Shown here: one piece after another, positions 28,853-37,587 of the stretch
Position numbering within the stretch: the first letter of the stretch is position 1
How the letters are laid out: every line of letters starts with the position of its first letter
Source: an uncultured delta proteobacterium
GTDB taxonomy: Bacteria; Myxococcota_A; Polyangia; Polyangiales; Polyangiaceae
Length of the DNA stretch: 64,000 nt
NCBI GenBank assembly: GCA_963841435.1
Contig: CAWJCS010000001.1
Span: 358,597-422,596, forward strand
Reading direction: 5' to 3'
Program-made: the position numbers and the translations under genes
The notes under the pieces: model-generated
Database searches by the model: none
What the model saw: the letters and a program-made list of their open reading frames with translations, nothing else
What the model was told of the DNA's origin: nothing

Positions 28853-29703
28853 GGCTTGGGGCTCGTCGGGAGCTTTTTGACCGCCGCTTCGAGGCGGTCG
28901 ACGAGGGCGAGGATGCGCGGGCCGTGCACGTACGCCTCCGGCGCCTCGATGACCGCGAGGTGGTGCTGCGTCACGGCGCGGAGCGGCGTGAGTGCCCGGA
29001 AGCCGTCGAGCAGGCTATCGTCCGCCTTCCCGGGCACGGCGAGCACGAAGATGGCGTCGGGGTCGAGCTCGAGCAGGCGCTCGGGAGAGAGGCGCGGCAA
29101 GCCGCTCACGGCCTCGGGGACGGCGTTCTGGGCGCCGGCCGCGCGCAGCGCCGCGCCGTGCAGGGAGTTGTCGCGAATGAACCAGATGTCGTCGAGCTTG
29201 CCGGGGCGGTAGCCGATCACGAGCAGCACCTTGGGCGCGCCGGGCGGCGGCGTGACACCGAGGCGCGCCCCGAGCCGGTCGGCGAGCGCGTCGGCCTGGG
29301 TGCGGTGACCCGTGAGCCGTCCGAGCTCGCGCGTGCTCTCGACGATCTCGGCGAGCGTGAGCCAGGGCAGGAGCTTCGTGGGGCCCACGGCCTCGAGCTC
29401 TTCGCGGCGCGCGCTCGCATTCGCCTCGCCGACGATCAGCGTGGGGGCGAGGCGCGTGATGAGCTCGTAGGCGGGCGTCAGGTTGGTACCGACGGCGGGA
29501 AGCGCGAGGACCTCGGGAGGATAGTCGCAGTAGTCGCTGCGGCCCACGACCGCCTTGCCCGCGCCGATCGCGTAGAGCGTGTCCGTGATGCCCGGGGCGA
29601 GCGAGATGATGCGGGGGCCCGTGCCTTCGGGCTCCGGAGCGCGCTTTGGCCGGCAAGCGGCGAGGGCGAGCGCCGAGAGGGCAAGGAGCTCACGGCGCCT
29701 CAC
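28849..29703 (-). CDS. ABC transporter helical-backbone substrate-binding lipoprotein (BtuF-like)
   Basis: LAAC lipobox; RIISLAPGITDTLYAIGAG..VVGRSDYCDYP; SPERLLELDPD; HGPRI. Confidence 0.88.
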   Translation of the reverse strand: MRRRELLALSALALAACRPKRAPEPEGTGPRIISLAPGITDTLYAIGAGKAVVGRSDYCDYPPEVLALPAVGTNLTPAYELITRLAPTLIVGEANASARREELEAVGPTKLLPWLTLAEIVESTRELGRLTGHRTQADALADRLGARLGVTPPPGAPKVLLVIGYRPGKLDDIWFIRDNSLHGAALRAAGAQNAVPEAVSGLPRLSPERLLELDPDAIFVLAVPGKADDSLLDGFRALTPLRAVTQHHLAVIEAPEAYVHGPRILALVDRLEAAVKKLPTSPKP

Positions 29704-30500
29704 GGCTCCTTCGCGCTTTTCGTGTTGCGCTCGTGAAGCAGACGCAGGCCCTCGAGCGTGAGGTCGGGCTCGACGCTCTGGATCGACCGCGAGTGCTTCT
29801 TCACCGCGGCCGCCATGCCGCCCGTGGCGATGACCTCGCAGGGAAAGCCGAGCTCGGCGACGAGCCGCTCGACGAGACCATCGACGAGCGCGGCGCTGCC
29901 GTGGATGACCCCCGACTTTAGCGCATCCGGCGTGTTGCGCCCGAGCACGTGTGGCGGCTCCCCCATCTCGACGCGCGACAGCTTCGCGGCGCGGGCGAGC
30001 AGCGCATCGAGCGCGACGCGCACGCCCGGCACGATGACGCCACCCAGGTACTCGCCCTTCGGCGACACGACGTTGAACGTCGTCGCCGTGCCGAAGTCGA
30101 CGACGATGACGCCCGCCCGGACGCGCTCGTAGGCGGCGACGGCGTCGGCGATACGGTCGGGGCCCACCTCGCGCGGGCTGTCGTAGAGCACGGGCATGCC
30201 CGTCTTGATCCCCGGGCCCACGACGAGCGGCTCGCGCTTGAACAGCCGCCGCACGACCGACACGACGCCCTCGGTGAGCTCCGGCACGACGCTCGCGAGC
30301 ATGGCGGCGTCGACCGACCCGGGCGCGAGGCCGCGCTGGTCCAGCGCGCCGAGCAAGAGCACGGCGTACTCGTCGTCCGTGCGCGCGGCGTCGGTGACCA
30401 GACGGATCTTGTGCTCGAGCTTCGTGCCCTCGAACAAGCCGAACTTGATGTGCGTGTTGCCGATGTCGACTGCGAGCAGCACCGTGGCCTCCGCGGGCAC
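29700..30500 (-). CDS. coaX: Type III pantothenate kinase
   Basis: LLAVDIGNT, ASVVP, VGPDRI, VVDFGTATT, YLGGVI.PG, VIATGG, LTLEGL. Confidence 0.95.
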   Translation of the reverse strand: MPAEATVLLAVDIGNTHIKFGLFEGTKLEHKIRLVTDAARTDDEYAVLLLGALDQRGLAPGSVDAAMLASVVPELTEGVVSVVRRLFKREPLVVGPGIKTGMPVLYDSPREVGPDRIADAVAAYERVRAGVIVVDFGTATTFNVVSPKGEYLGGVIVPGVRVALDALLARAAKLSRVEMGEPPHVLGRNTPDALKSGVIHGSAALVDGLVERLVAELGFPCEVIATGGMAAAVKKHSRSIQSVEPDLTLEGLRLLHERNTKSAKEP

Positions 30501-30503
30501 GAG

Positions 30504-31652
30504 TCAGGGACCGGGAAGCTTTAGCAGATGGGGGAAGTCCGCGGGTAGCTCGCCGAGCGCGCCGAGCTTTCGCTCCGCCCGCAGCATCCAGCGCCGGGCG
30601 ACGGGCGGTGCGGACCCGAGCGCCTCGGCCTCGACGTGGGGCAGCGGCGCCGTCGATTTGGTCGACCAGAACAAGAGCGGTCCCGGAGTATGCTTTCGGG
30701 CCAGGGCGAACAGCCCGGCAGCCGCCTTGCTGCTGTACGTCACGTCGAGGGGGAACAACCCGGCGCGCCGGAACTCGTGCAGCGCTTCGAGCCCCGAGGG
30801 GCTCGGCCGCCCGTAGCCACGACCGAGCTCGCGGCCGTCGATGGCGAGCGCCGCGTCGAGATCCGAAGAGCGCAAGGCGAGCCGCGGGTCGCCCGCGAGC
30901 TCGGCGAGCAGGCGTGCCGTGCGCTCCGCGAGCCCGAGGATGCGGAAGCGCGCCGTGATTGGCCAGGGCGTGACGCGCACGGAGACGAGCTGGGGCGGCG
31001 CGCGGAAGCCGATGCCGAGGCGCGCTGCGTGCGCGAAACCAACCAGCAGCCCCGCGCTCGTGCAGGTGGATCCGACGCCGACGACGACGCAGGCAGGCGG
31101 CTCGAGCGCGCCACGGTGCACCTGCTCGGCGAGCTCGAGCGCCGCGGCGACGTAGCCGAGCGCCCCGTGCGGCGTCGCGCCACCCGGGGCCATGACGACG
31201 CGCGTTTCCGCGCGCTCACGCGCCATCGCGAACGGCAACGTGACCCAATGCCTGAGCACGCGGAGCCGCGTGGCGTGCGCGAGCGTCACGCGCAGATTCT
31301 CGAGCGCGGCGAACGAGGCTGGCTGGGGAAACAGGATGGCTCCGGGCGCGAGGCCCGCCCGCGGCGCGTGCAGCACCGTGGCGACCGCGTGGTTCGAACC
31401 GAAAGCGCCCGTGGCGACGATCTCGCTCGCGCCGCTCGCCCGCGCGTCCGCGAACAGCACCTCGAGCGTGCGCACCTTGTTGCCGCCGTACACCGGGCTC
31501 GAGAGGTCGTCGCGCTTGACGTAGAGCGGTCCTTCGCCGAGCGTCTGCTCGAGGGGCGCGAGGCGCTCGACGGGCGTCGGGAAGTCGCCGAGCGGCACGC
31601 TGTCGAGCCGGGTGGCGACGCGCGGCCAGATGGCGAGAAGCGGAGCGGGCAC
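30504..31652 (-). CDS. PLP-dependent D-cysteine desulfhydrase/ACC deaminase family enzyme
   Basis: FPTPVE, LYVKRDD, YGGNKVRTLE, GSNH, GALGY, LDVTYSSKA. It lacks the Glu of ACC deaminase YEGK, so D-cysteine desulfhydrase-like is more likely. Confidence 0.85.
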   Translation of the reverse strand: MPAPLLAIWPRVATRLDSVPLGDFPTPVERLAPLEQTLGEGPLYVKRDDLSSPVYGGNKVRTLEVLFADARASGASEIVATGAFGSNHAVATVLHAPRAGLAPGAILFPQPASFAALENLRVTLAHATRLRVLRHWVTLPFAMARERAETRVVMAPGGATPHGALGYVAAALELAEQVHRGALEPPACVVVGVGSTCTSAGLLVGFAHAARLGIGFRAPPQLVSVRVTPWPITARFRILGLAERTARLLAELAGDPRLALRSSDLDAALAIDGRELGRGYGRPSPSGLEALHEFRRAGLFPLDVTYSSKAAAGLFALARKHTPGPLLFWSTKSTAPLPHVEAEALGSAPPVARRWMLRAERKLGALGELPADFPHLLKLPGP

Positions 31653-31666
31653 GGTGTTTTCGCGGT

Positions 31667-32065
31667 TCAACCGTGGGCGACGAGCCCGGCGAGGCGGGGG
31701 CCGAAGACCAGGCACGCGATGACGGTGGCGCCGAGCGCGGCGACCAGCACGGCGCCCGCGCCGAGGTCCTTGGCGGTGCCGATCAGCGGATGGGGCTCGC
31801 CATGGACCGCGTCGGCGAGCCGCTCGACCGCGGTGTTCAGCGCTTCGGCCACCCAGACGATGGTGATCGCCACCACGAGCAGCGCCCATTCCCAGCGCGT
31901 GACCCGGAGCGCCGCACCGAGCGCCACGACGGCGAGCGTCGCGAGCACGTGGATCTTCGCGTTGGGCTCGGTCATGAGGTGGGCGACACCGCGCCCCGCG
32001 AAGCGAAAGCTCGCGAGCCGGCGTGCGACGTGCCCAGCCGGAGCCCCGGGTGGTGTGGAGTGCAT
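31667..32065 (-). CDS. dgkA: Diacylglycerol/undecaprenol kinase family protein
   Basis: SFRFAGRG....EPNAKIH, AEALNTAVERLAD, IGTAKDLGAGAVL. Confidence 0.88.
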   Translation of the reverse strand: MHSTPPGAPAGHVARRLASFRFAGRGVAHLMTEPNAKIHVLATLAVVALGAALRVTRWEWALLVVAITIVWVAEALNTAVERLADAVHGEPHPLIGTAKDLGAGAVLVAALGATVIACLVFGPRLAGLVAHG

Positions 32066-32113
32066 GACGAAGCGTATCCCGGCCCCTCGTACAGGTCGCG
32101 TGGAGTTTCGCGG

Positions 32114-34321
32114 TCAGGGCTCAGTGGGTTCTGCCACGATCACGTGCTCGACGCGGTCTCCCTCGGTCAGGCGATCCCAGCCGAGCCCCGCGTGACCGAC
32201 GAGCGCGTAGGCCCCGTCGAGATGGGGGGTGCGGCCGAGGGTCACGAAGAACTGACTCGAGCCGCTGTCCTCGCCTCCGAGCGCGATACCGACGCTCGCG
32301 GCCTCGAACGGCGCCGGAGCCGGCTCGTCGCGCAGGGGCGGGCGGGGCGCGCCGCCGTAGCCGTCGCCGCCGGGGTCGCCGAGCTGCACCACGAAACCTG
32401 GCACGACGCGGTGCACGACCACGCCGTCGAAGAAGCCGCTCCGGGCGAGCTCGGCGAGGCGCGTCGCGGCGACGGGGGCGAGCGTGGGGTCGAGCACGAG
32501 CGACACCCGGCCGGCGTCGGTCGCGAAGACGAGCTCGACCTTGCCGGCGATCAGGTGTGACGCCTCCTCGGGCACGCTGCCCGGCCCGGCCGCCACGCAG
32601 CGCACGCCCTTGTCGCCGAGCAGCCCGAGCGCACGCTCGGCCGCGGCGCGCAGCGCTGGATGCTCGCTGCGACAGTCGGTTTCGAGCAGGCTCTTCGCGC
32701 CGAGCAGCCCGAGCGCGCCCGCGGCACCCACGAGCGCGGCGCGCACCTCGATGGCCGGCGTCTTCTGAAAGCTCGCGAGCGCCGCGCTCAAGCTTCTGAC
32801 GACGGCCGGATCCGTGGCGCGCTCGGCGCCCGCGGTGGACGCGCGGTCCGGGTAGCTTTCGAGCACCTCGCCCGCGACCGCCACGTCGCCCGGCGCTTTC
32901 CGGTCGAGCGCCGCGCGCAACAGCTCGCGCGCATCGGGCACTTCGGGGTGCTGCTTGAGGAGCGAGAGCGCGCGCTGGCGCACGAGCGGATCGTCAACGT
33001 GCGAAAGCACGCGGTAGCGCGCCAGGCGTGACCCCGTGAGCTTGCCCCGGCCGAGCACGTCGAGCAGCGCGAGCCGGCCGCTCCGCCCTTTCGCGTCGGG
33101 GTCGCAGGCGAGCAGGCGCTTGCTCTCGGAGGCCGAGCCCGCGAGCAGCGCCGCGGCGCGACAACGCAGCGCCACCACGCGACGCTCGATGGGCGCGCGG
33201 TCGACGGGCGCGAGCTCCGCGAGGCGCGAAAGAGCGGGCGCCGCGGCCGCCGCCGGTGGCTCGAGCGCGTCGAGTGCCGCCGTGAGGACGCCGAAGCCGT
33301 CGCCGGCGAGGCTCGTGGCGCTCGTCGTGTCGGCGTCGGCGAGAAGCTTCGACAGCGTTTCGGCGAGTGCCTTTTGCCCGGTGGGGCCGAGCCGGCCGAG
33401 CCCGCGCGCCGCGTCGGCGCGCTCGGCGGGAGCGGCCGATGAAAGGGCGAGCACTCCCGCCAGATCCGGTGCGGCGCTGGCGTCGGCGTTGGCGAGCGCG
33501 CGGATCGCGAGAGTGCGCGCGAGACCCTGCGCCGCGAGCAGCGGGCGCGCGACCTCGGCGAGACGGGCGCGCACCGGCGCGCTCAGCTCGGCGAGGCGCG
33601 TGAAGGCCGAAAGCGCCGTCGGCACCGGTGCATCGCGCCGGCTCGCTGCGTCGAGCAGGGCGACGAGCGTCGCGTCGTCGAGACGCCCGGTGCGCGCGGC
33701 GAGCGTGCCGAGCGCGAGCGCGGCTTGCTCTCGGAGCGCGCGGTCGCCCGAAAGCCACGCCACGAGCGCGTGCTCCGCGTCGCTCCCGCCGCAGCGCCCA
33801 AGAGCGTCGGCGAGCGCCGCTCGCGGGCCGAGGAGGGCGAGCGCACCGCGCGGCGGGGGCGCTCGACCGGCCGCATCGTTGGGCGTGGAGAGCGCGAGCG
33901 ACGCCGCACGCATCGAGAGCGCGCGCGTCGTCACGACCTGACGGTCGCGGCACGCGGCGCCGAGCCCGAAGGCCGACCAGGCGATCACGCCGGGGTCGGC
34001 GTCGGCGAGACTCTTCGAGAGCAGCTCGACGGCGCGAGCGTCGCCGATGCGCGCGAGCGCGCGAGCCGCCGCCTGCCGCACGCGGGCGTCGGGGTGCGAG
34101 AGGTCGTCGAGCGTCACGTCCGCCGATGCCCGGCGCTGCTCGGCAAGCAGGAGCTCGTGGGCTCGCTTGGCGGCGGCGGGGGGCGGCGCGCTTGCCTTGG
34201 CGCCCGAATGGCTCGCACTGGCCGCGGCCGTCGGGTTTCCGTGCTGACCGCGCGAGCACGCGACGGCGAGCACCGGTACGAGGAGCCCGACCCAGGGCGA
34301 CCGGCCGCGTGAGGTCACCAT
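32114..34321 (-). CDS. HEAT-repeat lipoprotein with C-terminal cyclophilin-type PPIase
   Basis: MVTSRG..LAVAC lipobox, HEAT-like repeats, FFDG..HRVVPGFVVQ.GDP.G.GYGG, GSSQFFVT..PHLDG.Y. In frame with the upstream YdcF domain. Confidence 0.82.
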   Translation of the reverse strand: MVTSRGRSPWVGLLVPVLAVACSRGQHGNPTAAASASHSGAKASAPPPAAAKRAHELLLAEQRRASADVTLDDLSHPDARVRQAAARALARIGDARAVELLSKSLADADPGVIAWSAFGLGAACRDRQVVTTRALSMRAASLALSTPNDAAGRAPPPRGALALLGPRAALADALGRCGGSDAEHALVAWLSGDRALREQAALALGTLAARTGRLDDATLVALLDAASRRDAPVPTALSAFTRLAELSAPVRARLAEVARPLLAAQGLARTLAIRALANADASAAPDLAGVLALSSAAPAERADAARGLGRLGPTGQKALAETLSKLLADADTTSATSLAGDGFGVLTAALDALEPPAAAAAPALSRLAELAPVDRAPIERRVVALRCRAAALLAGSASESKRLLACDPDAKGRSGRLALLDVLGRGKLTGSRLARYRVLSHVDDPLVRQRALSLLKQHPEVPDARELLRAALDRKAPGDVAVAGEVLESYPDRASTAGAERATDPAVVRSLSAALASFQKTPAIEVRAALVGAAGALGLLGAKSLLETDCRSEHPALRAAAERALGLLGDKGVRCVAAGPGSVPEEASHLIAGKVELVFATDAGRVSLVLDPTLAPVAATRLAELARSGFFDGVVVHRVVPGFVVQLGDPGGDGYGGAPRPPLRDEPAPAPFEAASVGIALGGEDSGSSQFFVTLGRTPHLDGAYALVGHAGLGWDRLTEGDRVEHVIVAEPTEP

Positions 34322-34795
34322 CGGAGGCTCACCGCTCGAATCAATCATCGCCGCGCCGCGCTCACGCACCGAACGCGCGGCGCGCCGCACGGCACCCACG
34401 GGCGGGGAGGGCGCCGCCACGGGCTCGGCCTGCACTCCCACGCGGCGAAAGCAGGCGAGGGCGCGTGGCAGGTGCCAATCGCAGCTCACGAGCCCTACCC
34501 TCGTGGCGCCGACGCTTGCGAGCAATGCGGCGCTGAGCCTCGCGTTCTCGCGCGTCGTTCTCGACGCCCTCTCGAGCAGCATGGCGTGACGCGGGACGCC
34601 CCGCGCTTCGAGAGCGCCCGCCAACTGATCCGCCTCGATGCCACCCTGCCAAGCCCGGCCGCCGCTCACGATGATGCGCGGCGCGAGCCCTGCGTGGTAC
34701 GCCGCCGCCGCGCGCTCGACGCGCCGTGCCGCCGCGCCCGGCAGCACGCCGTCGGCCACGCGGCAGCCGAGCAGCACGAGGGCGTCGAACGACAT
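34322..34795 (-). CDS. YdcF/DUF218 family domain (no stop before the next gene in this sequence)
   Basis: DALVLLG, R....A..Y.AG.AP.IIVSGG, EA..L...L...GVP...LERAS.TTRENA, LVS.DWHLPRA..F. Confidence 0.8.
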
Positions 34796-34852
34796 CCGGG
34801 CGACGATAGCGCGCTTCGGCCAGCCGAGCGGTAGAGCGGTCCGGACGCGCTT

Positions 34853-35311
34853 TCAGCGTGCGTGCGACAGGCGCCCGAGCGCGCGCTCGACGAGCCAGAC
34901 GGGCCCCACGAGCAGGTGCAAGAGGTTTCGCAGGAACGCCGGCGAACGCTTCTCGAAGGCCGCGTGCCCGTAGAACTGCAGCGCCCAGCCGCCGAAAAAC
35001 GCTGCCGTGCCGACCGCCGTCGGCAGCGAGCGGCCGAGGACCACGAGGAGCGCCATCGACATCCCCGCCGCGACACCGAGCAGGCGCCCCGACACGACGT
35101 AGAACACGATGATGGCGCCGGCCACGAGCTCGGCGAGCGTCAGGGTTGCGAACGCGACGTGCGCGACGGGCACCCTGCCGAGCAACGTCGCGGCGCCCAC
35201 GATGATGCACGGGATGCCCACGGCGTGGCAGAGCTCGTTGCCGCGCGTCCGGTGGTGGCTCCCGTACTCTTCGAGCCGGGCCCGCATGGCGCTCGATGCC
35301 CCGAAGCTCAT
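34853..35311 (-). CDS. DUF962/Mpo1-like membrane protein
   Basis: YGSHHR...N..CH.VGIP, GW.LQF.GH..FEKRSPAF..NL.HLL.GP. Confidence 0.88.
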   Translation of the reverse strand: MSFGASSAMRARLEEYGSHHRTRGNELCHAVGIPCIIVGAATLLGRVPVAHVAFATLTLAELVAGAIIVFYVVSGRLLGVAAGMSMALLVVLGRSLPTAVGTAAFFGGWALQFYGHAAFEKRSPAFLRNLLHLLVGPVWLVERALGRLSHAR

Positions 35312-35375
35312 TGCTTTCTCGATTTTACCACGAGTCGCCCCCGCTCGGATCCTGCCGAAGTCCGGCGGAGCCTGG

Positions 35376-36267
35376 TCAGCGCACGGCCAGAAGCTCGATG
35401 TCGAACACGAGATCCCCGGTCGGCGCGCCGGGCCGCGCCGGCTTGTCGCCGTAGGCGAGCGCCCCGGGGATCCAGAAGCGCGTCTTGTCGCCCACGACCA
35501 TCAGCGCCACGCCTTCCGTCCAACCCTTGACCACCTGCGACAGGCGAAAGCTCGTCGGCTCGCCGCGCATGACGGAGCTGTCGAAGAGCTTGCCGTCCTT
35601 GGTCCAGCCGGAATAGTGCACCGTTACCTGGCTCGCGGCGGTCGGGTGCTCGCTGCCGGTGCCCGCCTTGAGCACCTTGTAGGCGAGCCCCGACTCCGTC
35701 TTCTTCGCGTCCTTGGGGGGTGCCTTCAGAATCCTTCGGGACCGGCGGGGGCTCCGGAATGGCGAGCAGCTCGAGCTCGAGCACGACGTTGCCCATGCCG
35801 CCCGGCGCGCCCGGTGCGTTGCCGAACGCGAGCGCTGGAGGCATCCACAGGCGTCGCTTCTCACCCTCGACCATCAGCCCGAGCGCTTCCGACCAGCCCG
35901 GCGCGAGGTCGCTCATGCTCATGACCGCGGGCTCTGGGCTGCCGAAGCGCCGCCCGCCCGGCAAGAACCCGAGCGCCTTCACGCGCACCGAGTCCTTGGT
36001 CTTCGGGTGCTTTTTGCCCGTGCCCTTCGCGAGCACCACCATCGAAAGCCCGCTCTTCGAACGCACGGCGTCCTTGGGTGGCTCCGGATCGGGGGCGGGC
36101 GGTGGGGCCGGAGGAGCCTGGGTTGCGGACGGTGGAGGCGTCGGCGCTCTGGCCGGCGGCTCCGCGCTCAGCGGCGCGGCGGGGGCTGGCTGCGGAGCGG
36201 GCTCCGTGTCGCAAGCGAGCGCCGAAAGGCAGAGGAGGAGAGCACCGAGGAAACGCGCGTTCGGCAT
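35376..36267 (-). CDS. Two-domain FKBP-type PPIase lipoprotein (frameshift at ~35730)
   Basis: LAC lipobox; two FKBP domains (SGL..VL..G.G..HP; VTVHYSGWTKDGKLFDSS; VKGWTEG; RFWIPG.LAYG; LVFDIELL). Removing one base at 35730 joins them. Confidence 0.88.
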
Positions 36268-37525
36268 GGCGCCGGCAGTGTGGACGACGCCGAGCCCCTG
36301 GGCAATCGTTCGGCGGTTGCGCACACCGGGCCGCCTTCCTCGTGCCGTCGTCCTGCTCGGACTGACGAGCCTCTTCACCGACGTCGCTTCCGAGATGATC
36401 TTTCCACTGTTGCCGGCGTTCCTCGTGACGCTCGGTGGCAGCGCGGCGTTCCTCGGCCTCATCGAGGGGCTCGCGACAGCGACGGCGAGCCTGCTCAAGC
36501 TCGCGACCGGATACTGGTCGGACCGGTTCCGGGCGAAGCCGTTCGTCGTTGCGGGGTACGGCATCGCCTCGTGCGTGAGGCCGCTCGTCGCTCTGGCTAC
36601 GGCACCGTGGCACGTGCTCGCCGTGCGTCTGATTGACCGCGTGGGCAAGGGCATTCGCACGACGCCGCGCGACGCCATGCTCGCCGCTTCGGTGCCGCGC
36701 GAGCAGGCGGGCTGGGCGTTCGGGTTCCACCACGCGATGGACCACGCGGGCGCCGTGATTGGGCCGCTCTGTGCAACGTTGCTGGTGACGCTCGGCTTCT
36801 CGGTGCGGCACGTTTTTCTAGCGGCGGCGCTCCCCTCGGCACTCGCCGTCGTCACCGTGTTCGTCGTGCGCGACCCCTCGCGCGCGCCGTCGGGCGCCAC
36901 ACAACCCTCCGGTGCCGGGCCGGAGGCCGCCGCGGCGCCACGAGAAGCGTTCCCTCGGCCACTTTACGGCTACCTTGCGCTCGTCGGGGTGTTCGGCCTG
37001 GGCGCCTCCTCCGACGCGTTCTTGCTGCTGCGGGCGCGGGAGGCCGGGATCGACATGGCGCTCTTGCCGCTCGTCTGGACGGTCTTGAACCTCTCGAAGC
37101 TCGTGAGCGCTTCCATCGCAGGGCCGATCTCCCATCGCGTGCCGCGCGTGCGACTCATCGGAGCCGGGTGGTTGCTGTACGCGGTGTGCTACCTCGCGTT
37201 CGCGGCGCTCGCTTCGGGGGTTCAGGCGTGGCTCGTCTTCGTCGTGTACGGCGCGTACTACGGGCTCACCGAGCCGGTCGAAAAGGCGCTCGTGCGCGAT
37301 CTCGCGCCGCCGTCGGTTCGCGGCCGGGCCCTCGGCGCCCTCAACTTCGTCAACGGCATCACCGCCGTGCCGGCGGGCCTTCTCACGGGATGGCTCTGGG
37401 ACCGCTACGGTTCGCTGACGGCGCTTGCGGCGGGCGCCGGGCTCGCTGCGACGGCAGCGCTCGGGCTCAGCGTCTGGGCGCGCACGGCGAGCGCGAGACG
37501 CGCGCTCGAGAGTGCTCTGCCGTAG
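36266..37525 (+). CDS. MFS transporter (start uncertain)
   Basis: LG.TSLFTDVASEMIFPLLP, GLIEG, G.WSDR..KP, R..DRVGKGIRT.PRDA, FGFH.AMDH.GA; ~12 TM. Confidence 0.9.
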   Translation: MAPAVWTTPSPWAIVRRLRTPGRLPRAVVLLGLTSLFTDVASEMIFPLLPAFLVTLGGSAAFLGLIEGLATATASLLKLATGYWSDRFRAKPFVVAGYGIASCVRPLVALATAPWHVLAVRLIDRVGKGIRTTPRDAMLAASVPREQAGWAFGFHHAMDHAGAVIGPLCATLLVTLGFSVRHVFLAAALPSALAVVTVFVVRDPSRAPSGATQPSGAGPEAAAAPREAFPRPLYGYLALVGVFGLGASSDAFLLLRAREAGIDMALLPLVWTVLNLSKLVSASIAGPISHRVPRVRLIGAGWLLYAVCYLAFAALASGVQAWLVFVVYGAYYGLTEPVEKALVRDLAPPSVRGRALGALNFVNGITAVPAGLLTGWLWDRYGSLTALAAGAGLAATAALGLSVWARTASARRALESALP

Positions 37526-37587
37526 CGACGCGCGCCCGACGGTGCTTTGCCTCGGCACCCCGCGGGGCAGGGCGGCGCGGGGCGTTC

